Virus genome (UHGV): UHGV-0308808
Reading direction: 5' to 3' (one strand)
Source: a virus
DNA length: 44,982 bases
Part shown: one piece after another, positions 43,940 through 44,982 of the stretch
How the letters are laid out: each line of letters starts with the position of its first letter
How positions within the stretch are numbered: position 1 is the first letter of the stretch
The notes under the pieces: model-generated
What the model saw: the letters and a program-made list of their open reading frames with translations, nothing else
What the model was told of the DNA's origin: nothing
The model's database searches: none
Program-made: the position numbers and the translations under genes

Positions 43940-44982
43940 CTATTTTATTCCTAATTCTGCTAATGCAGCACTTACAATGTCATTTTCCATTTGCTCTTTA
44001 GAGTTTCCTAGTGTTCCAGATTGAATATCATAAATTCCAGCATCTTTTTTCTCTTCTTCAATAAGATTTATTTCTCTTCCAGCTTTTTCAGCATTTAAGT
44101 TGTATAAATCAACTATTACATCTCTATAATCTCTTACTTCATCAAATTTAGCTTTATTTACTATTTCTCTTGCAGCTTCTGAAGTAACTTTTATATTATC
44201 TAGTGCTTTTATTCTTTTTCTTTCTTCCTTAATAGCTGCATCAATAGCATTTTTTACAGTGTCTGTTCCTTTGATTTTGTCAATTACCTCTTTCTCATAA
44301 GCTTGTAAAAGTTCTGGGTGTTGCACTTTTAAATCTTGCAGTGTCATTTTTTCCTCCTTGTTTTCTTGTAAAATATCTTTTAATTTTTCTGGGATAGCTA
44401 GATTTTTAAGTTCTGGGGTAAATACATTTGAAATGTTTAAATTACTTATAGAACTATCATAATTAGCTATCTCATCTATAAAACCAGCTTGTAAAGCTTC
44501 TTCAGCTGTATACCAAGTTGTTTTATCCATTTTTTCTGCTATCTCATCTCTTGATAATTTGCATTTCTCTTCATATAAGTCTAAAAGATTGTCTTTTGTT
44601 TTATTCAAGTGTTCAATAGCTTCGTTCATTTCTTCGACATTAGCATACCCCATATACATTAATGGGTTATGTATCATAAAATAGCACCCTTTCCCCATTA
44701 TTGTTTTATTAGCTGCCAATGTTAATATCGTGGCAGCTGAAGCAGCCATTCCGTCTATATAAGCTGTTACTTCTTTTCCTTGAGCAAATCTTTTTATTTC
44801 GTGATACATAGCAACAGCTTCAAACACATCTCCACCAGGAGAGTTTATTTTTAGTTCTAATTTTTTTACATTTTTAAGATTTGCTAGTTGCTTAGAAAAT
44901 GTTACTGAACTTGTTTCTCCATACTCTTCCCAAGCCCATTTACAAATATCTCCATATACTCTTATTTCTCCTACATCATCAG
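43940..44982 (-). CDS. ClpP-like (S14) prohead protease fused to a scaffold-like C-terminal domain. The 5' end continues across the window end to the ATG at position 43.
   Basis: The motifs LKINSPGGDVFEAVAMY, GMAASAATIL and FMIHNP are ClpP Ser/His-region signatures. The C-terminal ~150 aa is charged and coiled-coil. Confidence 0.75.
   Translation of the reverse strand, partial: DDVGEIRVYGDICKWAWEEYGETSSVTFSKQLANLKNVKKLELKINSPGGDVFEAVAMYHEIKRFAQGKEVTAYIDGMAASAATILTLAANKTIMGKGCYFMIHNPLMYMGYANVEEMNEAIEHLNKTKDNLLDLYEEKCKLSRDEIAEKMDKTTWYTAEEALQAGFIDEIANYDSSISNLNISNVFTPELKNLAIPEKLKDILQENKEEKMTLQDLKVQHPELLQAYEKEVIDKIKGTDTVKNAIDAAIKEERKRIKALDNIKVTSEAAREIVNKAKFDEVRDYRDVIVDLYNLNAEKAGREINLIEEEKKDAGIYDIQSGTLGNSKEQMENDIVSAALAELGIK

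Noticed and set aside
1-44982. Window as a chromosomal prophage with host-derived flanks
   Set aside because: Phage genes run through both ends, and the ends join in-frame inside the protease gene. No tRNA or host housekeeping genes are seen.
1-44982. CRISPR arrays, tRNA or rRNA genes
   Set aside because: No regularly spaced direct repeats with unique spacers are present, and there are no cloverleaf-compatible GC-rich segments. The only periodic repeats are the shufflon sites and the iterons described above.

Overview
The window reads as a complete, circularly closed ~45-kb temperate phage genome, AT-rich with Fusobacterium/Clostridia-like codon usage (host not verifiable from sequence alone). 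The two window ends join in-frame inside a ClpP-like prohead protease gene, so the 44982/1 boundary is an assembly linearisation point rather than a biological end.

The minus strand carries a lambda-like packaging and head module feeding a contractile-tail module:
- Packaging: a Nu1-like small terminase, a GpA-type large terminase, gpW and a portal.
- Head: protease/scaffold, gpD-like decoration protein, gpE-like major capsid, FII/Z-like head-tail proteins.
- Tail (P2/Mu/PBSX-like): sheath, tube, chaperone, a 1019-aa tape measure, LysM/gpX-like protein, gpD-like hub, gpV spike, gp25/W-like wedge, baseplate J, XkdU-like protein and a 661-aa tail fiber.
- Lysis: a small TM protein, an M15 peptidase endolysin, and two holin-like proteins.

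The plus strand carries an early region:
- a replication initiator with internal iterons
- ParA plus a ParB-like partner
- YopX, an ASCH-like protein and assorted small proteins
- a large serine recombinase
- three copies of a conserved promoter-leader element

Regulatory elements include two XRE-type HTH repressor-like genes, a Cro-like HTH gene, and three copies of a 10-bp palindrome GCTAATTAGC.

The standout feature is a shufflon-type multiple-inversion system at 25934-28788, immediately 3' of the tail-fiber gene.
- The crossover sequence AAATTACAGAATTT encodes the conserved peptide KLQN(F/L).
- Three internal sites are perfect 22-bp palindromes (AAATTCTGTAATTACAGAATTT); three boundary sites are half-sites.
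- Four invertible segments carry nine or ten alternative promoterless fiber C-terminal cassettes, arranged as convergent pairs.
- An Rci-like tyrosine recombinase gene sits directly adjacent.

Partition genes, iterons and circular closure together suggest a phage-plasmid lifestyle.
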